Source: Phyllosticta citribraziliensis (taxonomy: Eukaryota). Taken from it: DNA of 64,000 nucleotides. The position numbers and the translations under genes were made by a program. This document shows positions 10,035-21,800 of the stretch, piece after piece. Each line of letters starts with the position of its first letter. Position 1 is the first letter of the stretch. Under the pieces are notes generated by a model. It made no database searches and had not been told where the DNA came from. It was given only the letters and a program-made list of their open reading frames with translations. The DNA lies in NCBI RefSeq assembly GCF_038025025.1, contig NW_027117352.1, positions 620,001 through 684,000 of the forward strand, given 5' to 3'.

Positions 10035-12096
10035 ATGCCGAGTGCAACGGACCTTGTGAGTGTGCTCTGAGCTGATGAAGCCTTCGGTTACTTATCAAAT
10101 GAGGCAGATCACCTACATTGGTATTCCGCTGACCGTTCTGGGCTTGCTTCCAATCTTTTGGAATATCTTCCAGTCGCTCCTCATCCGACACCGATTGTCC
10201 GTATCCATGCCTCCCGAGTTTAGACATATCTTCGATTTGATAGCAAATCCTGCCAATGGGGACGTCATTGTGATTACTCGGCCCGTCTTTTGCGAGAATC
10301 CAGGACTATGGCCCGAATTTGGATCTGATCAGGACGATTCCGGCCGGCAACACCTTCAGTCATGGCACCACAAATTTTCCCTCGGATTGCATTCCAAGAT
10401 AAGAAGTGCAATCCCTGCGATTCGATCGACATACGACAAAGTCTTTGGAGCGCCGCGGGAATTGATTATCAGATTCCGGCACCGGGAGCAAGAAGTATCC
10501 ACATCAGGCCAGATCTCGTCTACACCAAACCAAATCTCGAGTGGGCTGGGAAACATCCTCGAGACCAAGACACTTCACACCGGCAAACAACGACATCTAT
10601 TTCGTCCATGGATGTCTTTACCTTTTCGGATCGGGTCCTCCCCGCATGAAACAGAAGAATTCGCGCAAAAGTATTGGCAAAAATCAGGAGCCACGAGCAC
10701 TGCGGTCAATATCAATATGGACATATCAAAACCTCCCAAATTAATGATGCCATGGAAGAGTTTTGTCTGGTTCTCCCTGGCAATCGGAGTCGATCCTCTT
10801 GATATGTACTCGGCAAAACGAGCATTGGAGCTGAAATTCTCCTTATACAAAAGCACTATACGTATTTCCAAGGACAACGATGACTGGCACGTTGCGCTAG
10901 AACCCGAGATCAGTTATCAATTTTCAATACCTCGAGCACTCGCCTGGAACAACATCATGTGCTTTGACCGTGGAGGCTTGTTGATTTGCCGCGCTCTAGC
11001 GAAACCGCCCGTGAATCAACTGGAATTTAAAGTATGGGGAAAACGGAATATTGATGTGCATGGACAGGGAGAGTTGTGTTCCGATGTTTTCCTCTCACTA
11101 TGCGGTAAATACGAAATCTCCCCCGACTGTTTCTCCAAGCGCTTGGGTGACAAAAAACTCTCCGACTTGGTGCTTATAGACGCGCACTCTGAAAGAATAC
11201 ACACCGCGGCGACTACCTGGATATTCTACCTGGAAGGGCTAGAAAGATTGAGCTCCGAGGCCATGATATGTCCTTTTGTCAGTCAAGGAATGCTCGAGGC
11301 CCAGGAAAGAAGCTTACTTGCGCTTTATCAACTTCAGCTTGACGGAAACCTGAGGGACAAATTATCCCAGGTGTTTCCCGAAGTTTACAAAACAGAACTG
11401 ACGTCGACGCTGAACAACGAGAACGAGGAAGAGAGCTCCACCCAAAAGATGACGAGACGGCTCGTGGATGAAGCTCATTCCTATCTACAGCATGAGTTCG
11501 AATCATCTCCTTATCTAGAGGAATCGAAGAAGTTTGTCAAGATCTTTCAAGACCTACAAAAGCAAATCAAACGCTGTCAAGAAGAATCCCAATTGGACCT
11601 CTCTACCCCTTTGAAAGAAATCAAAAAAATCAGAAGACATGCAGGTCAGCCATACACATGCAGCAGGTCATTTGACGACTCGTCAGTCTTGGGATCTCAG
11701 CAAAGAACAAGTCTCTTTCTGCTTCAGCGACTGAAAGAGACAAGCCCGCTCCAAAAACTTAAAAGCGAGTTTGACCCTCTCGAAAGCAAAGTTGTCGTGG
11801 AGGAGAGGAGTTTTCCGTCCCATGAGATGGCACTCGTGGCACATATAATGATCGCTTTGCAGCCTTGGCAGGAGCTGCAAAGAACAACTTGGGATCTCAA
11901 TGAGATGGCCAAAGATCGATTGCTCACCTGCGACCGCGAACTGGAAAGACAGAACGTAGATGAGGTCATTGGTCAATTGAGAGTCCTAGAGAAATACGCC
12001 AAGATGGGAATCTTCAGCGCACCTGAGATGGGATCGGTCGTCCCTGTGCTTAACGGTTACAGTTACAACTTCCCTGAAGTAGTCTACTTCGTATGA
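10035..12096 (+). CDS. Uncharacterised protein, paralog A (~669 aa), N-terminal hydrophobic helix
   Basis: Exon 1 MPSATDL (10035-10055), intron GTGAG..CAG (10056-10107), then ITYIGIPLTVLGLLPIFWN... open to 12096. Same structure as paralogs B and C. Confidence 0.85.
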
Positions 12097-14488
12097 TCCA
12101 ATACAACGACGGAAATCTTGAGTCCAGAAAAGTCATTCGGCCTGTCACATACGACAACTTCGAGCGTTTCTCTCTCCCACTCTCTATTCGCTTGCCCGCC
12201 TGGCTGCCTACCAACGTGTGGTGTGTCGCGGCGCCGACCAGCCGCTCAAGGGCTTCTGCCTGGGGAAGGCCCTGGGACATACGAGGACGCCCTCGGGAAG
12301 AATACAACTATTTCTGGAGCTTGATGCGTTCCGGCATTTCCCTGCTGCTCTCGGACTTTCTGGGCTATTTTAATGCCCTTTCTCGTTACCGACCAGACCG
12401 ACCCAGCTGCGGACTCAGCACGTCTTCGTGGCTTTTGTATCTACAGATATACCATATCTTCGCTAGTTTGCTCGGTACTGTCTTCTGCCTCTTCTCTTTG
12501 CTCCCGTGGCGGCATATCATCCCCTTGTTCCTCCGCCCCGTGTTTCTTCTCCTCTTCACGCCTCTCAGCACGCCGTCTCCAACATTATGTCTGTCATTTT
12601 TCAGCCGCCATGAAAGCCATGCTTGAATACCACTGGCAACTACGACGACCACCGAAGCGCTAAGCTCTCGGTTCAAACTCTTCCATCGTCGACTGAACGG
12701 GCGAATAGTCCTTGGCATCTGGATCATCGACCACACTGGCAGGTTGCCAGCGTTGCGGTCCATCGCAGAGAAACACGACAAAGCTGCGGGAAACCTCGCG
12801 GACATATAGCTCAACGATATATGTGTCCATCTTCGGCTTCTGCTCCCGCATCCCTGTCCCGTCCTCAAAGTCAAGACCTCTTTCTCTCCTTCCTTTTCAC
12901 GAGGCCCCTTGGCTGTCGAAGAAACCCCTGTTGCTGGAGTAGCCGCGGAGTAGAGCAAATATCTGGCGGAAGCAAGACACTGGACATGGGCGCAGCTTCT
13001 GCCTCATAGAAGGAGGGCCATCTATGGCTTCACGAATTCGGGATCGTGTCAAGACCTTGCAACAGGATATGTTGCGTACCAACTACGAGAGCTTACCCAC
13101 TTCCATGGCAACCCCAAGACTGTTTCGCCGTCGACCTTTTCATCTGGAGTCTTTGGTGCGCTTTCAGCCCGAAGCATGTCTCTCGAATGGTATCTTCGAC
13201 GACAATCCGATCACTTGTGGCTTCTGCCTGTCGCAGCTGGAGAAGTTCGCCATCAGATCGAAACATGTTCCTCCAAGACGATGAGTATCCAATCACTCGT
13301 GGGTTCTTGTTGCTACCTCCGCGGCGGTCTGTTTGTTCGACGGTGTCCTTGTCCTCCCTTTTCCTTTTGTCTTCCGCTTTTCGCTTTTCCTATTCCCCGT
13401 TTTGCGTCTTCTGCTGCTCCTCTCATATCTTCTTATCTATCTCCCACCGTCTCGACGCTGCCGTTGCCTTAGCTACTTCAATGGTGCACAGGTCGGGCCT
13501 ACATTCCACCTCTGCCACCTGCATGGCATTATGTTTGCCAAAAGGGCCCTGCATGATGTATGCCATGATTTCCGCACTGACTAAGGAGCGGCGGCTGGCT
13601 CGAGGAGCAGAAGCTTGCACTTCGCTGAAGCAGCCGCAGAGTACTGCAGACCCCTGGCAGAAGGGGGAGAGGGCGAACCTCAACCTCGGAGAAAGAAGAT
13701 TATCTAAGGCTTCGACGAGTCAGGATCACACGATAGCCTTCATCCGAAATGCAAAGCCAGCCCCCTGCATGAGAAATTGAATGCGCGCTAAAAAGCGTCC
13801 AAAGTTCAGTGTGGGGGCCAAATGTGTTCCGTCATCTTCAGGAGAGAGTTGACGGGGGGTAAGCAGGAAGCTTCCTCTACCAGCGGAATTTCGCCACTCC
13901 CACGCTGAATGCTAGAGCGACAGCCGACACGATCAGCCGTAACAAAAATAAGTGGAGGCGTTCGGCGTCAGAGAGGAAGGCTGTCCCACTGCAGCTGCAA
14001 GGCGATCAGTAATCTGACGTTTTCGGAAAACCGTGAAGGTATTATCCCGTAGCTGCCAATGGCCAGCAGTCTTCAACTTCTCTATCTTCTTTCGGCCCGC
14101 GTTTCTATCTGACGAGCTGGCGGCAGGCTGCCGTGTGAGACAAGCGCCCAGGCGTCAGAGAGTCAGCGACAGGGGCGGTTCCACAGCTACCGCAAGGCTG
14201 AGCCGCCAAAATGCTTACTCCTCCGCATCCACCATGCCAGATAACTGCTGTGGCTTGAGATGGAAGTTCGCATGGTCAGCTGTAGCCTTGCGAGTGCGAA
14301 TTTCCATCGCATCTGCTGATTCATTTGTCGGTGTAGTTCCTTACAGCTTCTACCAGCCTAGCGCCGCTCTCCTTGGTCTGTCAATTTCTCGAGCCATTCG
14401 ATGCGACTCGCCGTCACTCTTGATTTCCGTGGCTCGTCTTTGAACTATTCACGGTTGATCAGCACTCAGCTTTCCGAACGGCCTCAAA

Positions 14489-16777
14489 ATGCCGAACGCA
14501 ACAGACCTTGTGAGCACTCTCTCCTTTGATTTTGCTCCGCTTACATGATGCCAGATCACATATATTGGAGTGCCCCTTACTGTCCTTGGCATATTTCCAA
14601 TACTGTTGAACATTGCCAAAGCTGGTTGGATCTGGTACAGGCTTTCCAAGTCGATTCCGCGTGAACTCAGACCCTTCTATAACCTCATTGCCGATCCTGC
14701 CAATGGTAATGTGACAGTGGTTGCCCGAACGCTAATTTGTGCCCATCCTGGTCTCTGGGCAAGGAAGAAAACCGATGAACCTTCATCACTAGAAAGGGTT
14801 AAGGCTTTCAAGAGGTGGTTCCGGAGCGCGATTACGGCAGTCTTTCCCGGAAGAACGATGTCCGATGAAATTGAGTTGCTTGCCGAAGAGGGACTCGTTG
14901 GGGAATCGGACACATCCTCGCGGACTTCACTATCGTCATATGCATCGACAGAAACCTCGCTATCGGGCGAACACATAGTCTCGATAAAGCCTAGGACAAT
15001 TCGGCTGCGTTCCGGCAAGCTTCTCCGTCCCCCATGGATGGAGGCGGCGTCGACTCTTGGATTTGATCTCAAGCGCAAGCCGCATACCCACTTTGACGCG
15101 ATGCGCTTCATAGTAAACTCCAGCCTGGAGACCAAGACTCCGCCACCACTAGCAATGCGCTGGTCTGACTTTGTTTGGTTCTCCCTCGCCGTTGGAATCG
15201 ACGCCATGGAATTGGCTCTGATCTCGAACGGACGTGTCAGGGGATTCTCATTCAAGGACGCTCAAAATGAGACCATGATGATTTTGTCCAATGAGGGCCA
15301 TGACTGGCATGTCGACATGATGCCCGACTATCATTACCTTTGCTCTATTCGACGAGCGCTAGCTTGGTTTGAGACGATGTGTTTTGATTTAGAAGAAGGA
15401 CAGCCATACTGCCGCAGGCTTGGCAATCACAGCGTCTTGTCGTCAGAACATTTTTTTGGTCGCTTCAGACATGAGCCGCAGACATTTGAGGACCAACTTT
15501 CTGCTGCAGTCACCTGGATTTCCTATAACGGTCTTTACCTAAAGTCACTCGAGGCAATCAATATTTCTGGACGCCAAAGCTCAGAAAACAAAAGCCAAGA
15601 GGATCTATTTGTAAGCCAGAGGCTACTCGAGACGCAGGAGAGAAGCCTCTGTTTTTTACAGAAACTCGACAATGAAGGATCTTTGAACGGCATCCTTCAA
15701 TCACTGTTTTTCAGACCAGACTTCAAGTCGCCCGATGGAATGCTTCCAGGACCTGTCGTTGCGAATGCTATTCTAATCCACCTTCGCATGCTGTTTGCAT
15801 CGTCCGAGTACGTCAAGACGTCACAGGGAATCGCCAACGACTTCGCGGAGCTCGCAACCAATGTCAGATCTCGCGAAATTGACTCGACAATGAGATTTCT
15901 CAGGAGAGAACTACCACGACTGAAAAGGCTTCGAGAACAGAAATCGCCTGACGACTCTCCGCTGGCGAATCTGGTCAGATATGTGATTAGGAATTGCGAA
16001 GAATACAGGGCAATCCTGGAAGCATTCGATCCCATCTTCCAGATGGACGCTAGGCTGAAATCAGTCGATCCTCACTTGCTGATGGATGCTAAGCAACGGC
16101 GTGGGTCTGGGACAGGTGATAAGAATGAAAATTCGAAAGAACGGATCATCCCCAGGGAGTCGCGAAACGTCGGTGGGATCCAAAGTGATTCACCCACGGC
16201 CGATCAAGAGCAAAGAAGCAATCGTGATGAGAACTCCATGCGCGGAAACGCGATGGGAACCGATGGGATCGAAATTGAGTCCGTTTACAGTGATATGGAG
16301 GAAAGCAGTGGACCTGTAATTGAGGTTTTGTTCAGCGACAAGGCAACTAGCGAACCGGAAAACAAATCCACAGATATCGGCGAAGCAAACAGCTTAGCAG
16401 GGACATCCTTCCAAGGCAAGACGAGTGAGGTTAGCAGCCATACAAGCGGAATCGAGGTCGAATCCATCCACAGCGACGAAGCAGAGACGGGCGATCTCAA
16501 AAATGAGAGTGTGCAGCAGAACCTTTACGCACACATATTCCTCGCGCTACAGGAATGGGGAGCCTTTCCAAGGACGACATGGGAGTTCAGCGAAGAGTTT
16601 GCATCAAAGAAAAAAGAGATAGATGGGGCTCTCTGGGGCCACAACGTTGGGCTGGCAGATCTGTTGGAGCAAGCCGCGGACATCGCGAGAAGTGGTGTTT
16701 ACGCCGCACCCCGCCAGGAGCGTTTCCACTGCTTGTTGGACCACCGGATGTTGAAAGCGATGGTGTATTTGCATTGA
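14489..16777 (+). CDS. Uncharacterised protein, paralog B (~747 aa)
   Basis: Exon 1 MPNATDL (14489-14509), intron 14510-14554, then ITYIGVPLTVLGIFPILLN.... Shares PANG-V, PGLW, FVWFSLA-G, RALAW--MCFD, FVSQ-LE-QERSL, AHI-ALQ-W and terminal VY motifs with paralog A. Confidence 0.85.
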
Positions 16778-17656
16778 GATCTGGGTCCACTTTGTTCAAG
16801 TACGGATCTGATCAGCAAAGCCTCCAATCGCTGCCCACTCTGTCAACCCCGATGATCAGATTCGGTGGCGGTCTGACATCAATGCGGTCTGATTCGTTCC
16901 ACAAACATGGCAGGCATAGTCGGCGTCAAGAGAAATGATACTCAAACGATCAGCTGCAGTGATTGTGGACAGCTACTTCAGCCTGATCGTGACTGGGGAT
17001 GCTGATCTCCATTTTCATCCGCCACAGTGAATGGTTGCTCCCTAGATGGAGCTGCAATGCTAGGATTGATCATTTAATTGTGCACCCACCGTGGCGGGCG
17101 TTGATTCGTGCTTGAGCATCTAGGCTTGTCATCTGAGCATCGGAGGTCTTCCTGTTCAAGGGTTGATCCGAGCGGTCGATGAACGGGTGGGCCCGGTCTA
17201 AAGTGGATACGATATCCGGAGCGTGCTCCGCAACTTCAACACAACGCAAAAATCAAGTGGGTAATTGCTGAGGACCCCAGAAAAACTATTGAGAAAGAGC
17301 ATGGGCCGTTTTCACCGCCGCTGTTGTTCTTCGGCCGCTCTTGTGCGTTGGTTCTCCACCTGCCATTGAGCGTAGGACACCTGCTGCCACCGAAGTCAGA
17401 TGGAAATCTGAGTTGGACAGTGGACCGTGTAGTATCGACGGACGTACATACCGCGGAGCCTGGCTTGCATTCCTCTTGCGACCCGCTCTGGGCGGCATAT
17501 AGAGGATCCGCCGGTCAATAAAATGGAAGCTCGTCTTTGTTGAATTGCCGTCTTTGATCAAGTCTCTTCAGATGCTGGGCTCTGGTGGCCTATCTTGAGC
17601 TCCAAACACGTCAAATTTGCTCCGTATCGCCAACTCGCCGCTAAAAAAAATCCAGG

Positions 17657-18629
17657 ATGGCCAGCGCAACAGACGTTGTGGGTTGCTAGATGACGCCTAG
17701 TGTACTTCGACTAGTTGGCACAGATCACTTACGTTGGTGTACCCCTGACGGTCATGGGTATTATGCCAATTCTATGGAACTTTTTGAAGGCGTTCTTGAT
17801 TCGCTTCAGACTATCACAAACCATTCCTTGGGAGCTCAGACCATTTTACACGATCTCTGCTGATGCCGCCAATGGAGACGTTACTGTTGTCATCGACTCA
17901 ATCAGTTGTGTCCATCCCGGGCTGTGGCCTGACGAAAAGACCGGAGTGCAGTACACTCTTAGCCCTGGAATGATGTTCAAGAGGTGGTCGCATAGGGCAT
18001 TTTATCGCTTGATGTACAAGTGCGAGCCGATATACACGAAATTCACGCGATCCGCGTACGTCAAGAGATCCCAACATGTGGGCAAGAGTCTGAGACGAAT
18101 CGGGGAAAGGCTTAAAGAATGCCAAAATGACTTTGTTTCGGAAAGCAAAGCTCGAGAGGCAGCAGTGGACGTCTTTGCTGAGCTCGAAAAGGATTACAAA
18201 CAGCCACTACAGCCTGGATCATATTGCATGCGACTGGGGAGCCCCTCGCTCGAAGAAATTCTCTTCGGACACATATTTAGCCATCAGAAGTTTCGACAAC
18301 TCCAAGAGTTGCTCAAAGGATACAAGAATGCCCAAGCGGAGGTTGGAGCATGGGATGATGACTTGACGTTTCTGGCGCATGTTATCATGGGCTGCAAAAT
18401 GTGGGACATGCTCCAATGCGAACCCTGGGAAGCCGATGAGAATATTGTGTCGGATATGCAGCAGATACGTCAGAAGCTGGAGGATCCCAGCCTTGATGTC
18501 GACAAAGTGTGCCAACTCTTGGAAGAGGCGGCAGGGCGTGCGGAGTGTGGCATTTACACCGCACCTAAAGAACCAATCTGCGACCTGTTCGAGAAGTTCA
18601 GAAGCAAAGGGACGGTGTACTTGATTTGA
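17657..18629 (+). CDS. Uncharacterised protein, paralog C (~308 aa, internally shortened)
   Basis: Exon 1 MASATDV (17657-17677), intron 17678-17723, then ITYVGVPLTVMGIMPILWN...AANGDV...HPGLWP...SAYVKRSQ...AHVIMGCKMW...GIYTAP...TVYLI*. Confidence 0.8.
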
Positions 18630-18833
18630 GGTCGTGCTGTATATGATAAAGCTGAAGCATAAACAGATGGAAAGACTGAGTCGTCTTCGCTTGGCAGGAA
18701 ACGATGAGAAAAAGAGTGCAAATGCCGCCGCAACTGGCGGTCACCCTGGAACAGTTGTCGGAATTCGACGATAAGAAAGAAAATGAAATGTTGGAAATCC
18801 CAAAGCCCATCGTACTCCAACTTCGCAACACCT

Positions 18834-21800
18834 TCACCAAGCCAAAAAGATGTCCGGTGGGTCCGTCGTCCAGGAAATCACTTGCCCCTGAAGTTTCCCC
18901 CGTATCTCTCTCAAGCGAAGGAAATGCTCAAAAGAAGACTCCTCACTGTACCTCTGGAATCTTCCCTTCCAAGGAATCCGCACCTCTTCCAGACCAGCCC
19001 ACGGTTTCATCGATCTGCTGTCGGCTTCCAGTTCGCCGGCTCGGGCATCCTTAATCTTGAACTGTTGCGTGTGACGTTCCACCAACAGCCAGTGCTGAAT
19101 TCCTGGGTGCCCCTCTGCAGCAGTCAGAGCACTTCTGAATCGGAGACCGTTCGGATATGTCAGTTTTGCCCCCCTTCTGACGAGAAATTGGACCGAGTCT
19201 ATCCGCCCCGCTGAGCAAGCTGCCATCAGAGCACTGCCGTCTGGACAACCCTCCTCATCGATGTCTGTGCCGTACTTAAGTAGCAGATCAATGTCATCGA
19301 TGCATTTTCCCAAGGAAGCTTGACACAGTCGAGATATCTTCTGTTGTGGCCCCTGAATCTCAAACTTTCGCTTTGTCCCTGGATCCTTAGACTCATACTT
19401 CAGAGCCCTTTTGATTTCGAAAAGGGATCCAGAGAGCATAAGATCGTCGAGCTGGTAGAAGATGGCATCTTGGTTGAGACTGCTACCAGAGCTACCCGGA
19501 GAGTATTCTTGCGTCAGGCTTCGACTTTTCCGTGGTTGATTGTCCGGCGCATCCTTAGCGCTGACAACAAAGAGCCGGGAGATATTCTGAAGTGGATATC
19601 CCCTTTCAAGGAGGAATACCGTAAGCTCTGGTATCATGAGCTTGCCAGTGTTGGTCAGCATCGCGGACAACTTTCGGCGATCTTTCCAATTCGACAAGGT
19701 GCAGTCTGCTCCGAACTCTTCCAAAAGCTCCAGGTGCTCCAGAGAGCCACGGCACAGAGCGATGATAGCAGCAGTCTCCATGTTGGATGTACGGCTGTTG
19801 GGATTTGCGCCATGTTCAAGCAGCAATCTCGTTATATCTTGAGAACCGCTCCAAATGGCATGATGAAGTGGTGGTACAAAATACTCTGGAAAGTTTGAGT
19901 CCGCTCCATATTTCAGTAGAAGTTCGACACAAAAGTAGCAGGATTCCGAGGCTGCAATAAGTAACGGAGTGTATCCTCGGTCGATTGTGAAAGAAGGATC
20001 ATTACATCTGTAACTCGCTCTTGCCTGCACATTGATGATTGAGCAAGAGAGGCACTTGTCAGACGTCTGGCTCAAGGGAACCCCCGATTCTATGCTGCGG
20101 GTATGCGAGTGTTCAGCGTTGGGGGTTGACTTTTGAATGTGATCAAGCAAAATCTTTTGTCCTGGTTCGTTGCATGTTGCGACTGCGACGTGGAGAGGAT
20201 GAATGGGGGTATCGTTATCGAGCTGCAATGATACCGAGTTCTGGCAAAGTAGAAGGCTTAAGACACCATTGAACTGAGGGGCCAGGGCCGCAAGATGTGT
20301 CACTTTTAAGAAAGGAGCCTTGGCGTTCCCACAAGTCTGAAAGTTGAGCGACGCTCCTCGACAAATCAGGAGCCTTGCCATGTCGGGATGTCCGTTCTCA
20401 AAGGCAGATACAAGCGGCGTGCATCCACATTTCCCAGGGTGTAAAGGTATTTGGTCAATATTCGCGCCGGCATCAAGGAATCTGTCGACTTCATGGCTGT
20501 CTCCTCTGCCGACGGCTGTCATGAGAGCGTGCGAAAGCACTTCAATCTTCTGGGACTGCGATGTTGTTATTGTTGCTTTTCGTACTTTTATTAGTAAAGA
20601 ATTGTTTCCACTGAGTATAGTTCGTGCTACTGACCATGATTTTGGCTTGTCTTGTTGATCAAATTTGCAGTGTAATTGTGGCCAGCTGCGAGAGCACAGA
20701 GCTCAGGAGTCATTCCGTCATGATTCTTTACATCGATTGGTCCAGCTTCCAAGAGCACGGACACGATGTAGTTTCTACCCCTGGAAGCAGCGACGTGAAT
20801 TGGTAGATTTCCATTCCTATCGGAGACTCTAGGATCAGCTCCACATCCCATCAAGTACGCAAAAAGACTTCCGTCACGGCCTGAGGCGAAATGGAGTGGA
20901 GTACGCCCAGCCTTCGTCGTCGCATTGAAATTCGCGCCGTGACGTATCAGTGACCGTGCCGAGTCTATTTGGTCCATATCAACAGCCTCATGCAATGGAG
21001 TGTACTCGTTTTCGGCTCGGCAATCGACTTCGAAGATGCCTTTCACCAGAAGATATTGCAGGAGTTGAGGATGAACAACTGCCAGATGCATGATGCTTTG
21101 GCTGTAAGATTTCCTCGAAAACCTGGAGGTTGATTTAGGCGATGGATCAGAAAATTCAGAACTGAGTTCGTCTCGATGTCGGAATCGAGACCTTTCAGTC
21201 CAGGCTGTCCACACGTAAGGTGGGATTTCGAACCTGTCCAGAACCTCGAAGCATGACTTTGAGCCTGAGGATGCGGCAAAGTGGAGGAAGTTCCACCCAT
21301 CGCCGGCTGTGATCCCTGGATCTGCGTTGTTTTCAAGAAGGGCCGCAAGCAGTTCTGGTTTGTTATTCTCTGCTGCATTCATCAACGCGGTTTTACCAAA
21401 GCAGTCGAGCAAGTTGATATCCATTCCTCTCAGACGCACTTGCCTCAAACGGTCAACTCGTAGCAGTTTTTCTTCTGAGCAAAGGCGATGGACCAGCCCT
21501 TGTCCATATGAGGCACGTTCTTGAAAAGGCTCATCAATGCGAGTATTTTCCACAATCAGTTCGAAGATGGCATCGCAGCAGTTCTTGGAACAAGCTAGTT
21601 CAAGCGGAGTGGGACGCGAATCTTTCTTGGTGGCATCATGGGTGCAAGTGCCCCGGGATAAGAGGGACCTGACGAGATCGACGTTGTTCTGTTTGATGGC
21701 ATATTCCATTGCTCTGACGTCAAAATCGTTTGTTTGAAGGATACTGTCCCAGAACTGACCCAGGTATTCCTGGAATCTGCGTGTCGATTTATGACAAGGA

